NCBI GenBank assembly: GCA_951406725.2
Contig: OX597827.1
Coordinates: 77,686,001 to 77,750,000, forward strand
Direction: 5' to 3'
Origin: Octopus vulgaris
Taxonomy: Eukaryota
Length of the DNA stretch: 64,000 bases
Position 1 is the stretch's first letter. Every line of letters starts with the position of its first letter. Position numbers and translations under genes: made by a program. The notes beneath the pieces were generated by a model. It saw only the letters and a program-made list of their open reading frames with translations. It did no database searches and was not told the DNA's origin. Of the stretch, positions 11,005 to 23,165 are shown one piece after another.

Positions 11005-13057
11005 CATACACACACATATATACATGTATGTATAAATATATATATACATATGTGCATCTGTGTATATATATGTATGAGGATGTATGTATACATACATATA
11101 TATATATATATGTATGTGTATATATATATATATACACATATATACACACAGACACTCGCACACGTACGTACATGCATTTATGCAATATACTTAGTGGATT
11201 GCTGCAGCTCTGTGGTTAATTATTTAAATTCCTACCTAGTGACAGCATTAATAGCACATGATGCACACTGCTGCACATCTAGTGATGTACGCCTGCATTT
11301 ATATATCACGTTAGTTGCACTTCTAGCAGCCTGGGTCCTCGTGATGGCGACGAGGTTGGCCGTGTGTGTGTATGTATGTATGTGTGTGTGTGTGAATGTG
11401 TGTATGTATGTGTGTGTGTATGTATGTATGTGTATATGTATGTATGTATGTGTGTGTGTATTTTTGTGTAGAAGTCTATATGTTTATACGTGTGTATAGC
11501 AATGAGTATTTGCGATGTGTGTTTTATACTTATGATTGTATGTGTGGATGGCAATGACGATGTGTATGTGTGTGTGTGTCGTCTGGGATGATTGAAGATA
11601 TGTGTATGTGTGGGTCTATATGTGATGTTGGTATTGACGATGTGTGTGTGTGTGTGTGTATGCGTGTGTGTTCGTATGTGTAATGGCGGTGTCGACAATG
11701 TGTGTCTTATGCTATTACTCTATCGGCGTGATTGGGGTCGCCAGCTTCCCTTTCCGCCAGATGCTGAGGTTGGGAAAGCCACCGAGATCCATATATATAT
11801 TTTACTTCCCTTTTATTTGAAAATATATTGTTTCACCTTCCACTTCAGGCATCCATCACTACCGCCACCAACACCACCACCACCACCATCACCATCATTA
11901 TCACCAACACCATTACCGCTCACACCTCTCTCTCTCTCTCTCTCGACCCAGGATGCGGTGCTCCATCATGGCCACAGTTGAATTACTGAAATTGAGTAAA
12001 AGAATCTCTCTTCCCTCTTCCCGTTTCTTTCCCCTCTCCCTCTTTCACCCAAACCTACTTTCCCCCCTTTTAACTCCACCTCAAACCCCCTTTTCTCCCT
12101 GTTCATTCTTTCCCTCCCTCCCTCTCCCTCTCTCTCTCTCTGCTGATAGTGACTTCGAAGTTTCGCTGAGCTGTGGCTAAATGAAAACTTAAGAATTTAA
12201 TGAGCGAGAAACGGGAGAGAAGGAAATGGGGGGAAAAACTTCTTATCTCGAGGTCTTTGAGGAAAGACAGATATATACACCTCCATCTACACACACACAT
12301 CTGTGTGTTGAATGTGGTGTATGTGTATAATCTTATTTTATAGCTCTATCCTCCACCATTATGTTCCCTCCTTTCTTCCATACTTATCCTCTCACCTCTC
12401 TCTTTCTCCCTCCCTGCTTCTCACTCATTTCTGTATTCGCTCTCTCACTCGCCTCATCCTCTTCCTGCTCCTCTCTCTTTCCGTCTTCCCACACCTTTTC
12501 CTATCTATTTCCACTTCACTCTCCTCTTCTTCCATTTCTTTTTTTACCACTTTTTCTCTCTTCTCGCTTTCCATCTCTTTATCTCTTTACTATATTATTT
12601 CTCTCTCTCTCTCTTTCTCCACACATGTCTCTATCTATTTCTCTCCGTCTCATATCACTATCCTTTCTCCTTCGGCAACTTCCTCTCTTTCTCTCAGTTT
12701 CAGTCTACCTCTCTCACCTTCCCCTCACTACTGATCTCCTCTCCCTTCCTCCTCCCGATCCTCTCTACTTGTTACTCACACTCACTGTCTTTCTGTTTCC
12801 TCTTCCTTATCCTCCTCCTTGGTTTTCCTTTTATATTCACCTCTTACCTCTACACTCACACTTTTCCTCTCATTGTATACTTTCCTCCTACTCCTTATTT
12901 TGTGGCTTCTTTTGTTTGTCCCTCCTCCTCTCTTAATCTGTTACCTGTATCTCTTTCTCTTAATTTCACTTTACTCACGTATTCCCTACCCCCCTCTCTC
13001 TCTCTTTATCTTCTCCTCTTCATCTCTTATATATTTCTCACACGTACACACACAGAT

Positions 13058-13088
<31 letters not shown>

Positions 13089-13884
13089 CACACACACACA
13101 CTCTCTCTGTTCTTTCCCTCTTATCTCTTCCCTCCATTTCTCGGTCACTCTGTCCTACATCTATACCTATCTACTTTCTTCCCACACTCTGTCTCTCTCT
13201 CTCTCTGTACATCTCTCTATCTCTAATCATTTAGCTTACTCTCTCGCGCGCTTGTTCGCCATGAACATACACACACACATAGAGAAATACTTACACACAC
13301 AGAAAAATACACTCGCATACCTAAAGAAATACACAGACACACACATTTATAGATACACTTACACAGACACACACAGTTATAGATTCACTTACACAGACAC
13401 ACACAGAAATACACGCACACACACACAGAAATACACCGATCCACACACACACACACGCTCAGAAGTAAAAATATACTCACACACACACACACACACATAG
13501 GTATGAGCAGGCTGCACGTCAGACACACGTCGGGAAGACGACTGACTGAACGTGTTTGGCAAAGAGGAGAAGAAGTAGACGGAAGCCTGGCTGACCTTCT
13601 TAAGGCTTCCTTCAGACGACTCTTTAATTGTCTACACACACACACACACACAGCCATACACACCGTATTGTCTAGCTTGAGTCTTCCTTTCTCTCTCTTT
13701 CCTTTGTCACCCCCTCCCCCCTTTCTTCGTCCTGCCTCTCTTTATTTTGCGATGTTGCTTCTGGCAGAGAAAGGAATTTCCTTAAACACACACACACACA
13801 CACGTTTATACTTATTCAATAAGACACCGCACGCACAAACACGCACACACAGACACACACACACTCGCACGCACACACACCCAC

Positions 13885-14065
13885 CTTTTATTTTCTACTT
13901 GTTTCAGTCATTAAATTGCGGCCCATACTCCGCAGGGCCTTGAAGTTTTAGTCGAATGAATTGATCCCCAGTACTTATTCTACCGGGTTTTTTTGCCGAA
14001 CTGCTAAGTTACGGGGACGTAAACAAACCAACACTGGCTGTCAAACGGTGGTGGGGAACAGACAT
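13885..14065 (-). mobile_element. Family A SINE 3' half
   Basis: GCCGAACTGCTAAGTTACGGGGACGTAAACAAACCAACAC. Confidence 0.75.
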
Positions 14066-14161
14066 AAATGCTTACTCTTGCTTATGACAGTCCATCTACG
14101 ATGATGACAATCATCTTCCTCTGCCTCCGACACATTCTTACTCATGGCTGACAAGACAGAA

Positions 14162-14497
14162 ACATCATCATCATCATCGTTTAACGTCCGCTTTCTATGC
14201 CAGCATGGGTTGGACGATTTGACTGAGGACTAGCGAACCAGATGGCTGCACCAGGCTCCAATCTGATCTGGTAGAGTTTCTACAGCTGGATACCCTTCCT
14301 AACGCCAATGGTGCTTTTTATGTGCCACTGGCACAGGAGCCAGACAGCTGCTCTGGCAATGATCCCGCTCAGATGGAGCTGTTAGCACTCCACTGGCACG
14401 GGTGCCAGTCATCGAATTTGGGTCAATTTTGATTTCGATTTCACTTGCCCCAACAGGTCTTCGCAAGCAAAGTTTAGTGTCCAAAGAGAAAGGAAAA
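14162..14497 (-). mobile_element. RTE family B 3' end
   Basis: (CAT)n-CGTTTAACGTCCGCTTTC..CTACAGCTGGAT.CCCTTCCTAACGCCAA. Confidence 0.85.
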
Positions 14498-15267
14498 TCC
14501 TGAGGTACTGAGAGCATTGACTGTGACCCCAAACAACAGCCGCAGGGGGTTGATGATGATGTCTCCTCCTTTCTTCATGCTGTCTCCTGAGTTCAGTTTC
14601 AAAGTAGTCTATTCCAGCATCACGCATGGACCTCCATACCCCCCAACTAACAGCCATGGCCTCCAACTGATTTGGAGGGATACCACAAAATGAGAAGATG
14701 ACTTGAGATTCGAAAGAAAGTTTTGGACATCCATGAGGGCCTTCTTCCAGTCTTGATCTCACTGAAGAGGACCATCTTTGAGAGTTTGTTACCTGACATC
14801 TGAATCAACATGACCAACTCTGTGGAGAAGACAATGAAGGATGCAGGCCTCAATGCTGTAGATCACAGCCCTCAGGAGCCCTTCAGTATGAGGCACCTTG
14901 TCCTTCCACTTGAAATCATGGATACTTTAGAATGATCTGATATGGAACTTTTCCAGTTGGCCGATAAGGGGTCCAGCACTTAGACCCATGCAGGTGGGTG
15001 GATACACAGGCAGCTCGATAAATTGAGATTTTTGAACTTGCTCCAAAGGTTCTTGTTCTGAAAGACTCTCATTTGCTGAGTCTCCCAAAAGATGCAGAGG
15101 CTGAGTTGTTTCGACGGAGTATTTCCTCATCAAGGCGTCCAGTGTTAGAGATTCTGCGTCCATGATAGCAGAATGAGTCTGCCTGCAGCAGAGAAGCATC
15201 ATCAATAAGAACAGGCTGAGTGGGGTAGGATGGGTACCGGATGGCTGGCTGGAGTCTTCAGTTTATT

Positions 15268-15480
15268 GATGTGGCACATAAAAAGCACCATTTGAGTGTG
15301 GCCGTTGCCAGTACCGCTTGACTGGCACCCACTACACTCTCGGAGTGGTTGGCATTAGGAAGGGCATCCAGCTGTAGAAACTCTGCCAGATCAGATTGGA
15401 GTCTGGTTCACCAGACCTCAGTCAAATCGTCCAACCCATGCTAGCATGGAAAGCAGACGTTAAATGATGATGATGATGAT
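15268..15480 (+). mobile_element. RTE family B 3' end nested in the older LINE
   Basis: GTGGCACATAAAAAGCACC ... GACGTTAAATGATGATGAT. Confidence 0.85.
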
Positions 15481-16062
15481 TCACTTGAAGACTGAGCAAA
15501 GAGTAGGCACCATTTATTGAGTTCATCATGTGTTGAAGAGAGGCAGAGGTATGAGATGTTGCAGCTAAATTATCACCTTATAGGCAGTGGTTGAGAGGAT
15601 TTTGATTTGGCTTCCAGGCAACGACTGTTAAAGATGCTGCGATCATAACAATACCTGATATGAATTTCATCTTTGGTGGACTTTCTCCTGGAAATAAGGG
15701 TTACAGCCACCAGGTAAGTATTAAACAGTACAGGAGCAAGGACACATCCTTGTTTTGCTCCCACTTGGACATCAAAGGATTCTCGGAGGCTTCACCGCTG
15801 AGTGTCATTTTCTTTTGCATGCCATCATGCGACTTCTGGACAATCAGGAGAAAAATTAATGGATACCCAAACTTCTGAAGCAGGTCCCACAACATAGGAT
15901 GGTTGACCATGTCAAACACCCTTTCTTACATCAAATGAAGACGTAACATGTCTCTCTGCTGTTCGTGACACATTTCAAGAAGACGGGTCCCAAATATGTC
16001 AGAAGTGCTTCTCTCTGGTTGAAATCCATCCTGGGACTCAGCCATAACCAAGTTGACAACAT

Positions 16063-16358
16063 GTGGAGGCACATGGCCTAGTGGTTAGAGCAGCGGACAC
16101 GTGGTCGAGGGATCGTGGATTCGAATCTCAGACCGGGCGATGTGTGTGTTTATGAGCGAAACACCTAAGCTCCACGTGGATCTGGCAGAAGGTAATGGCG
16201 AACTTCTGCTGACTCTTTCGCCTCAACTTTCTCTCACTCTTTCCTCCTGCATCTTGCAGCTCATCTGCAACGGACCGGTGTCCCGTCCAGGTAGGGAATG
16301 TATACGCCAAGGAACCGGGAAACCGGCCCTTACGAGCCAGGCATGGCTCAAGAAGGAA
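16063..16358 (+). mobile_element. Full-length tRNA-derived SINE with 14-bp target-site duplication (TSD)
   Basis: A box TGGCCTAGTGG, B box GGATTCGAATC; TSD CAAGTTGACAACAT at 16049-16062 and 16359-16372. Confidence 0.9.
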
Positions 16359-16759
16359 CAAGTTGACAACATCAGATAGAAGACCTCAGAAGAGAATACA
16401 TGAGAGAATCTTGCCAGTATTGTCCAGAAGAGAGATTCCCCTGCTGTTGGTGCACTCTGCATGATCTTCCTTGTGCTTGTAGATTGTGACACTTTTGGAG
16501 TGTTTTCACCTGTCAGGTGTTCTGCCAACAGAAGAGAAGCAAAGAGTGAAGATGGAATGTGAAGCTCACCATATTTGTAAATCTCCCTTGGGATCCCATC
16601 GTCATCAGGAGACTTCTCAAGCCTCCTGGACCAGTCACGATCCTCCGTGATCCTCACCCCACCCTTCCCATGTCTATAGTCCTTTAGGACAGTTTTCAGT
16701 TCCCCTTTGCATTACCCACTTTTGTCTGTCTTGCAGCCCCACAGCATTTTTTGTTGTAT

Positions 16760-17085
16760 TCTTTTATTCTTTTATTTGTTTCAGTCATTTGACTGTGGCC
16801 ATGCTGGAGCACCGCCTTTAGTCGAATAAATTGTAAGCTTGGTACTTATTCTATCGGTCTTTTTTGCCAAACCGCTAAGTGATGGGCATGTAAACACACA
16901 CACAAACATATACACACATATATACATTTATATATATACGACGGGCTTCTTTCTACCAAATCCACTCACAAAGCTTTGGTCAGCGTGAGGCTATAGTAGA
17001 AGACACTTGCCTAAGGTGCCATGCAGTGGGACTGAACCCGGAACCATGTGCTTATTAAGCAAGCTACTTACCACACAGCCACTCC
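16760..17085 (-). mobile_element. Family A SINE
   Basis: Match to family A. Confidence 0.85.
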
Positions 17086-17671
17086 ATCTATTATTATTAT
17101 TATTAATTGTTGTCTTCGCCTGGTCCTAAGCCTTTATTCTGTTTATTGTTTTGTCCCCTGTCCGTCCACCAATGGTCTCGTCTCGAGTCTGTCTTGTTTC
17201 GTTATGTTTTGGTCCCATTCCCAGCAATTTTTTTGTCGGTGCCTCCAGAGAGGAAGCAATTTTATCAATAATGGCCAAAATTGCATTTGACCCTCTGACC
17301 GATAACTGTGGAGTGCTCAGCCACTTGCACATTAATTTCACAAGCAAGCTGTTCCATTGATCAGATCAGCTGGAACCTGCTTCGTCGTAACCGATGGATT
17401 ACCAATTAGGTATTTTTATAATATTGACATTGTAAGGAAGGAAAAAAGGTTTGATTGAAGGAAGGAATATACCAGGAACCATTACGCTTGATCTACCAAT
17501 TCAGCTGATACTCTCTTCATGGAAATATACTCTTAATGAGAGAGTAATGATAGCTGCATAAATGCTGGTAAATTTGGGAGAGGTGGTGTGAAAAATAGGG
17601 AGGATAGTTGTTAGGTACATCAGGTACCAGGACTTAAACTGTGATACCCACCATGGATGTGCTAGTGTCCA

Positions 17672-17750
17672 CAGGCATATGGCGTAGTGGTTAAGAGCGC
17701 GGGCTACTAACCTCAAGATTCCAAGTTTGATTCCAAGCAGTGACCTGAGC

Positions 17751-17812
<62 letters not shown>
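17672..17812 (+). mobile_element. tRNA-derived SINE head plus (AAT)n; duplicated at 18210-18318, partial at 18636-18682
   Basis: A box TGGCGTAGTGG, anticodon-like loop CT-ACT-AA, decayed B box AGTTTGATTCC. Confidence 0.8.
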
Positions 17813-17814
<2 letters not shown>

Positions 17815-18288
17815 GCCTTGATGCAGTACCAGGCAATGGCTCTCATGGCTTCTGATCTTAATTGATTGGAAGTGTTATCATGAACATGTTTTGTCTTGGT
17901 GTAAAAGATGGGCTACAGCAAATATTCTGCTCAATACCACAGATTTGCTTGTCAGTTGTTTGACCATAACAAGTTGAGCATGTCCCTTGGTGGCTGACAA
18001 TATGTGCATCACTGATCACAAGCAGAAGTAGTGGGGGAGCATCATAGCCATATGTTGAGAGGGATTCTTTGAGGTTTGAATAATTCACCTCTGGAAACAT
18101 GGGTGTTTCATTCAACATCCTTAAACAACCATTATCTAAGGATCTTTTGAGTGGGATGGGCTACTTGATCGGAAGAAAATTCTTACTGGGTCCCACCTGC
18201 AAGGTCATGCAGGCATATGGCGTAGTAGTTAAGAGCGCGGGCTACTAACCTCAAGATTCCAAGTTTGATTCCAAGCAGTGACCTGAGC

Positions 18289-18319
<31 letters not shown>

Positions 18320-18524
18320 GCCTTGATGCAGTACCAGGCAATGGTTCTCATGGCTTCTGATCTTAATTGATTGGAAGTGTTATCATGAACATGTTTCACG
18401 CATATACGGTTGTGATGCATGTGCCTAGTGTACCCTTACCAGGCGGGTAGTCATAATGTGTATACTGGACTTTGTATATTTTACCCCAGTGTCACTTTGA
18501 TGGCAGGCACTGCTCTCTCACTCA
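17812..18524. mobile_element. ~570-bp non-coding element inserted in (AAT)n, with an internal duplication
   Basis: Reverse complement of the copies at 26124-26700 and 47810-48370. Confidence 0.85.
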
Positions 18525-18589
18525 ATAATAATAATAACAACATTGAAAATTACCATAGGAATGAGAACCCCAGTTCGAAATTTCCCCAA

Positions 18590-18635
18590 AACACCTGAAG
18601 AAGGCTGGAGAGTATATCAGCCAAAACGTTGTGTT
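18590..18635 (+). ncRNA. Minimal type I hammerhead ribozyme, G12A-mutated copy
   Basis: AACAC-CUGAAGA-A-GGCUG[10 nt]CAGCC-aAAA-CG-UU-GUGUU: 5-bp stem I, 5-bp stem II, ACGU palindromic stem III. Confidence 0.75.
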
Positions 18636-18731
18636 AAGATTTCGAGTTTGATTCTAGGCAGTGACCTGAATAATAATAATAACATTGAAAAATACCTTAG
18701 GAATGAGAACCTAGGTTTGAAATTTCCCCAA

Positions 18732-18777
18732 GACACCTAATGAAGGCTGGATACTATATCAGCCAAAATGTTGTGTT
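18732..18777 (+). ncRNA. Second tandem hammerhead copy, more degenerate
   Basis: GACAC-CUaAUGA-A-GGCUG[10 nt]CAGCC-aAAA-uG-UU-GUGUU, 142 nt downstream of the first copy. Confidence 0.65.
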
Positions 18778-20144
18778 AACAACAAATAAGATGAGGACAA
18801 ATATCCATCAAATGTAAATAATGTAAATAATTCCTCATCTCTTAAATACAGAACTAGTATTCTTTTGTTGTGCTGTAACATGCATCTGCGACAATAAAAT
18901 ACTAGCACATCCATGGGGGGTGGAGTATCACAGTTTAAGTCCTGGTACCTGATGTACCTAACAACTATCCTCTCTATTTCTCACATCACCTCTCCCAAAT
19001 TTACCAGCATTTATGCAGCTACCATTACTCTCTCATTATACCTTACCATTAACTACTTTTTCCATCTCTTCTTGCCCAGTGCCTTCCTCTCTCTTTCACA
19101 CATTCACCCCCAGTCATCCTGTCTGCCCTTCCATACTTTTCCTCTTTCTCTCCAAGTCATCTTCTGCAATAACCCCCTTTCCTATCCCCTCTGCTAGTCA
19201 TATTGTTCCATACAACGGAACAATGTGGTGGACATGTAGGTCGGTGTTGTTCAACCTTTTTAATGCCTTCAAACCACTTTGATCCCTATTTTTACTCTAC
19301 TGGACTCCTGTCGCCATTCAATGCTTAAAAAAAGCCTACAGTAGAGTTAAATATTACAAGGAATTGTAGAAAAAATTGCCACTGATTTATTGCACATAAC
19401 CTTTAACAATAAAATCTTACAAGGACCCAAAAGGACCATACGGACCCCAGTTAAGACTCACTGATCTAGGTGGGCCTTAACTCACTGGAGATTATGTTTT
19501 GCCATTATTTCGATAACTGGAAGCCCTTCCTCACATCGACCACTCTACAAGATATATTGGGTGGATTTTATTGTGACCCCCACCACTAAAATGTCATACC
19601 TTCAACAAAGCACAACTAAACAGAGTAATGCCGGGGTGAACTTTACCTTTCGTCCTTCCGGTGGTGACAGAAGTGGGTAAGTCAAGAGAATGAAATACCT
19701 GTAATTTTCCAGGGTTAAAATCTTAATCAACAAACTACCTCCACTCATGATACTTTCGATGCTGTGCATAGACAGAAAATCAATACCAATAACAGATTAA
19801 TGATCAATTCAATAAGATATATTACAATTAATTTAATATACTTTTGCATTCTTAATAATTTTTAAAATTAATTAAACCACATCAGCTGTCTGTTCTCATT
19901 AAAAAAAAAAAGATATTAAATAATTATAATATTCTAAGTATAATATAATGAAATATAAATCTCTGTTGGTGTATTCCGTGTTTGAAATAAATCTATGAAA
20001 TTACATTGATTTTAATAGAAAGAAAATGGTGTTTTTATATGCAACAGTAGGTTCTGGAAATGGGCTGAATAAAGAGGTTTATTTCTCGTGTTGTGTTGGT
20101 TGGTTGAGAATAAGAAACAGGGAAGCACAATTATGGAGGTGACA

Positions 20145-20365
20145 TCCTTTATCTTTTGCTGGTTTCAATCATTAGACTGTGGCCATGCTGGGGCACTACT
20201 TTGAAGAATTTTTAGTCAAACGAATCAGCCCCAATACTTGTTTTTTTTTTTTTGTTTTGTTTTGTACTTATTCTGTTGGTTTTTTTATTTTGTGGAAACA
20301 CTAAGTCATGTGAACAGAAACAAACCAACACTGGTTGTCAAACGGTGGTGGGGGACAAACACAAG
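20145..20365 (-). mobile_element. Family A SINE 3' half, diverged
   Basis: GACTGTGGCCATGCTGGGGCAC ... AAACCAACACTGGTTGTCAAACGGTGGTGGGGGACAAAC. Confidence 0.7.
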
Positions 20366-20563
20366 CATGTGTGCGCGCACACACACACACATGCCTGCAC
20401 GCATGCACACACACACATACATGCATGCATGCATGCACACACATGCATGTGCACACACACAAGTGTGAGTCAGAAATTAATGCAATTTGTATTACTATAG
20501 ACTCACCTTCCTATATGCATGTACAGGTGTGTGTGTGCATGTGTGTATTGATATATATATATA

Positions 20564-20670
20564 TACGAGGGTAATCCCAAAAGTAAGGTCTCCAAAGCGC
20601 TGGGGATGCAGGGAAACTGTGTGTACGGCTATTGGCAACATTACTAATTAACGGAAGTGTATGGCAAGTC
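20564..20670. mobile_element. Mariner-like terminal fragment
   Basis: TA-CGAGGGTAATCCCAAAAGTAAGGTCTCC resembles a mariner terminal inverted repeat (TIR); partner end not seen. Confidence 0.45.
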
Positions 20671-20671
20671 A

Positions 20672-21017
20672 TGAAGGCACAGGGCTCAGTGGTTAGAGCG
20701 TCGAGCTTATGATTGTGAGGTTGCAAGTTCAAATCCTGAACTGGGATTTCTACTAAAGGCATAAGGCCTGAATTTTGGGGGAGGGGACTAGTTGATTACC
20801 TCAACCCCAGTATTTTACTGGTACTCAATCTATTGAACCCAAAAGGATGAACAGAAAAGTCAACCTGATAATAATAATAATAGCAACAACAACAACAATA
20901 ATAATAATGATAATAATAATAATAATAATAATAATCCTTTGTGCTATAGGTACAAGGCCTGGAATTGGAAGAGGGGACTAGTCGATCACATTGACACCAG
21001 TATTTCACTGGTACTTA
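20672..21017. mobile_element. Cluster of SINE fragments (tRNA head 20672-20750 +; family C tails 20757-20870 and 20935-21017 -)
   Basis: GGCTCAGTGGTTAGAGCG..GTTCAAATCC; AAGGCCTG.AATT..GAGGGGACTAGT.GAT.AC. Confidence 0.65.
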
Positions 21018-21236
21018 GCAAGTGAAACAGAACCAGTGCTTGTGGTTATTATTGGCACAATGACCCTCCCGAGATACAACAAGATTTGTTTTCACCACAT
21101 GAGTTCACATTGAAAATCTCACCAACCAAATACAAAACTGAAATATTTTATAACATAGTTTAACAACTAATTTCAGCTCATGAAGCATATATTTCTCCAC
21201 AATAGCAAAAGATTATGATGAAGACAATAGTGGTTA

Positions 21237-21749
21237 CCATAAATCCTTGAGTATAGCCCACCCTTGAGTATAATATGCAGGGGATTTTTAGGGGGCTGTA
21301 CCTCTGAAAAACCTAAACCTTGAGTATAATATGCACCCCTTCTCTAACTTGAGTCAAGGTGGTCGATATAACGTCCTTGGTTTGTAAAACTGTATACGGT
21401 AACGTCCTTTATTATTATTGTATATATAACATAATGCAAACGTGTAGCTTTTTTGTGCATTTTGTTTGCAGAAAATAAAGAAATAACAGTAATAACGTTT
21501 AATAAATGTTGCTTACTGCAAGTTATGGATGATTCTTTTATGACTTCATTGCTTTCAGGTTTAGCTCAAGGTATTTTCGCACCCGACATCACAAAATGCG
21601 TCTGGATAAACATTGCCGGACAGCAAATAGAGATTTTGGACATTGCTTAGAAAGTAATTTTCATTTTTAACCTCGTGTATAATACGCACAAGGGATTTTG
21701 ACCTTTAAATTTTGGGAAAAATATGCGGATTACATTTGAGGATTTACGG
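21237..21749. mobile_element. Pogo/Tc1-mariner-type MITE with TA TSD
   Basis: TA|CCATAAATCCTTGAGTATA ... TACATTTGAGGATTTACGG|TA; subterminal repeats CTTGAGTATAATATGCA. Confidence 0.75.
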
Positions 21750-21795
21750 TATATTCGACTCTGATTTTTTTCTCCTTTTTATTTTGGTAACAGAA

Positions 21796-22300
21796 TCAGA
21801 AATGTTCCCCTTCCACAGCTTCTGCTCCATCGGTACAAATTCTAAAACAAATTTTCAAAGAAAATTTCATTTCTTCTTCCCGTAAATGAATTAGATTAAT
21901 ATTTAATTCCCCCCCACCCACAGCATAACTCTTAAAAGTCTGGCTAATTAACAAGTCTTCTTCAATGCCACTTTCATAAACACAGGGTTCAGACGCTGCT
22001 GTGGCTGCTGCATCAGCAAAGTCGGTTGACTCATCCATTTGGAAAGTGAGTCTGCAGCTCATTTTAATCCAGCTTATTAGCCGAGTTTCACAAAAATTTG
22101 ACATTTCATGAATAAACCATGAAACTGTGTCATTAAATAATGGTGTGTTATCAATATTTCTCGAATATAATTTTATCATCAACCGACCATTTTACCAAAT
22201 CCTTTGTCTGGTGCTTTGTTCACGTTTACGTAACGGGATGCATGTCACCTGCACTCGTTAGTCAATAACTGATGCAGGTAACAACACATTCTGGCTTTCT
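21796..22300 (-). mobile_element. hAT Buster/Charlie (ZBED5-like) transposase remnant
   Basis: FQMDESTD...EEDLL...ICTDGAEAV matches the LQLDESTD and CTDGAPAM catalytic motifs; BED-like KPECV at 22275-22297. Confidence 0.75.
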
Positions 22301-22320
22301 GACATAAATGACAAAAATAA

Positions 22321-22410
22321 AGGCACAAGTGTGGGTGTGTGGTTAAGAGGTTCGTTTGCCAAATATATAGTTATGGGTAGACGGAAACTGAAAGAAGCCT
22401 GTTGTATATA

Positions 22411-22448
<38 letters not shown>

Positions 22449-22700
22449 CATACACACACACACACACACACACATACACACACATATATATGTGTGTGTG
22501 TCTGTGTTTGTCCCCCCACAACATCGCTTGACAACCGTTGCTGGTGTGTTTACGCCCCTGTAACTTAGTGGTTCGGCGAAAGAGACCGATAGAATAAGTA
22601 CTAGGCTTACAAAGAATAAGTCCTGGGGTCGATTTGCTCGACTAAAGGCAGTGCTCCAGCATGGCCACAGTTAAATGACTGAAAGAAGTAAAAGAGTAAA
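22321..22700 (+). mobile_element. Family A SINE, internally deleted
   Basis: GGTAGACGGAAACTGAAAGAAGCC-(TA/CA)n-TGTTTGTCCCCCACAACATCGCTTGAC ... ATGACTGAAA. Confidence 0.85.
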
Positions 22701-22919
22701 AGTGTTAAAAAGCCAGAATGTGTTACCTGCATTAGGTACTGATGAGCGAATGCAGGTGACATGCATCCAGTTACGTAAAAGTTGTTCTTTGATTTAGTTC
22801 CAAACATTTCTTCCAAAATATTCTTCATTTGGAATTGGTGCTTTGAAATTCATTTCGATTTAAGTTGCCAAAACTTAAAACCTTTTCTCCTTCGTTCAAT
22901 GTACAAAGTCCACCAGGGT

Positions 22920-23165
22920 TCCATCTTATCTTCTCTCCAAATGAAACCTACTTCTTTACTACCCACATGGGGGATAAACACAGAGAGAACAAACAAGGAC
23001 AGACAAACGGATTAAGTCGATTATATCGACCCCAGTACGCAACTGGTACTTAATTTATTGACCCTGAAAGGATGAAAGGCAAAGTCAACCTCGGCAGAAT
23101 TTGAACTCAGACGAAATACGGCTATGCATTTCACTCAACATGCTAACGTGGTCAGCCAGCTCGCA
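22920..23165 (-). mobile_element. Family C SINE
   Basis: Reverse complement of GAGTTCAAATTCyGCCGAGGTyGACTTTGCCTTTCATCCTTTCrGGGTCrATAAA. Confidence 0.75.

Larger units (their letters stand above)
14540..16640 (-). mobile_element. Decayed RTE/BovB-like LINE reverse transcriptase, interrupted by younger insertions
   Basis: Frame-shifted peptides FDMVNHPMLWDLLQKFGYP, GAKQGCVLAPVLFNTY, IHIRYCYDRSIFNSRCLEAKSK and KSPDDDGIPREIYKYG are typical RTE RT motifs. Confidence 0.8.
17534..19038. repeat. ~135-bp inverted repeat pair (17534-17666 / 18901-19038) bracketing a composite element
   Basis: Arms are reverse complements, e.g. TAGGTACATCAGGTACCAGGACTTAAACTGTGATAC versus GTATCACAGTTTAAGTCCTGGTACCTGATGTACCTA. 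Confidence 0.85.

Noticed and set aside
11954-12005. Apparent acceptor plus ATG exon after (CT)n
   Set aside because: The sequence is the decayed 3' tail of a family A SINE.
12312-13234. Long L/S/F/P-rich ORFs
   Set aside because: Polypyrimidine low-complexity DNA, open in several frames at once.
17672-17750. Possible tRNA-Ser(ACT) gene
   Set aside because: Acceptor and T stems do not pair, the B box is decayed and (AAT)n follows; it is a SINE head. No intact tRNA or rRNA gene was seen in the window.
22739-22790. CTGATGAG as a hammerhead core
   Set aside because: No stem II partner or GAAA..UH downstream; it lies in a hAT-derived segment.
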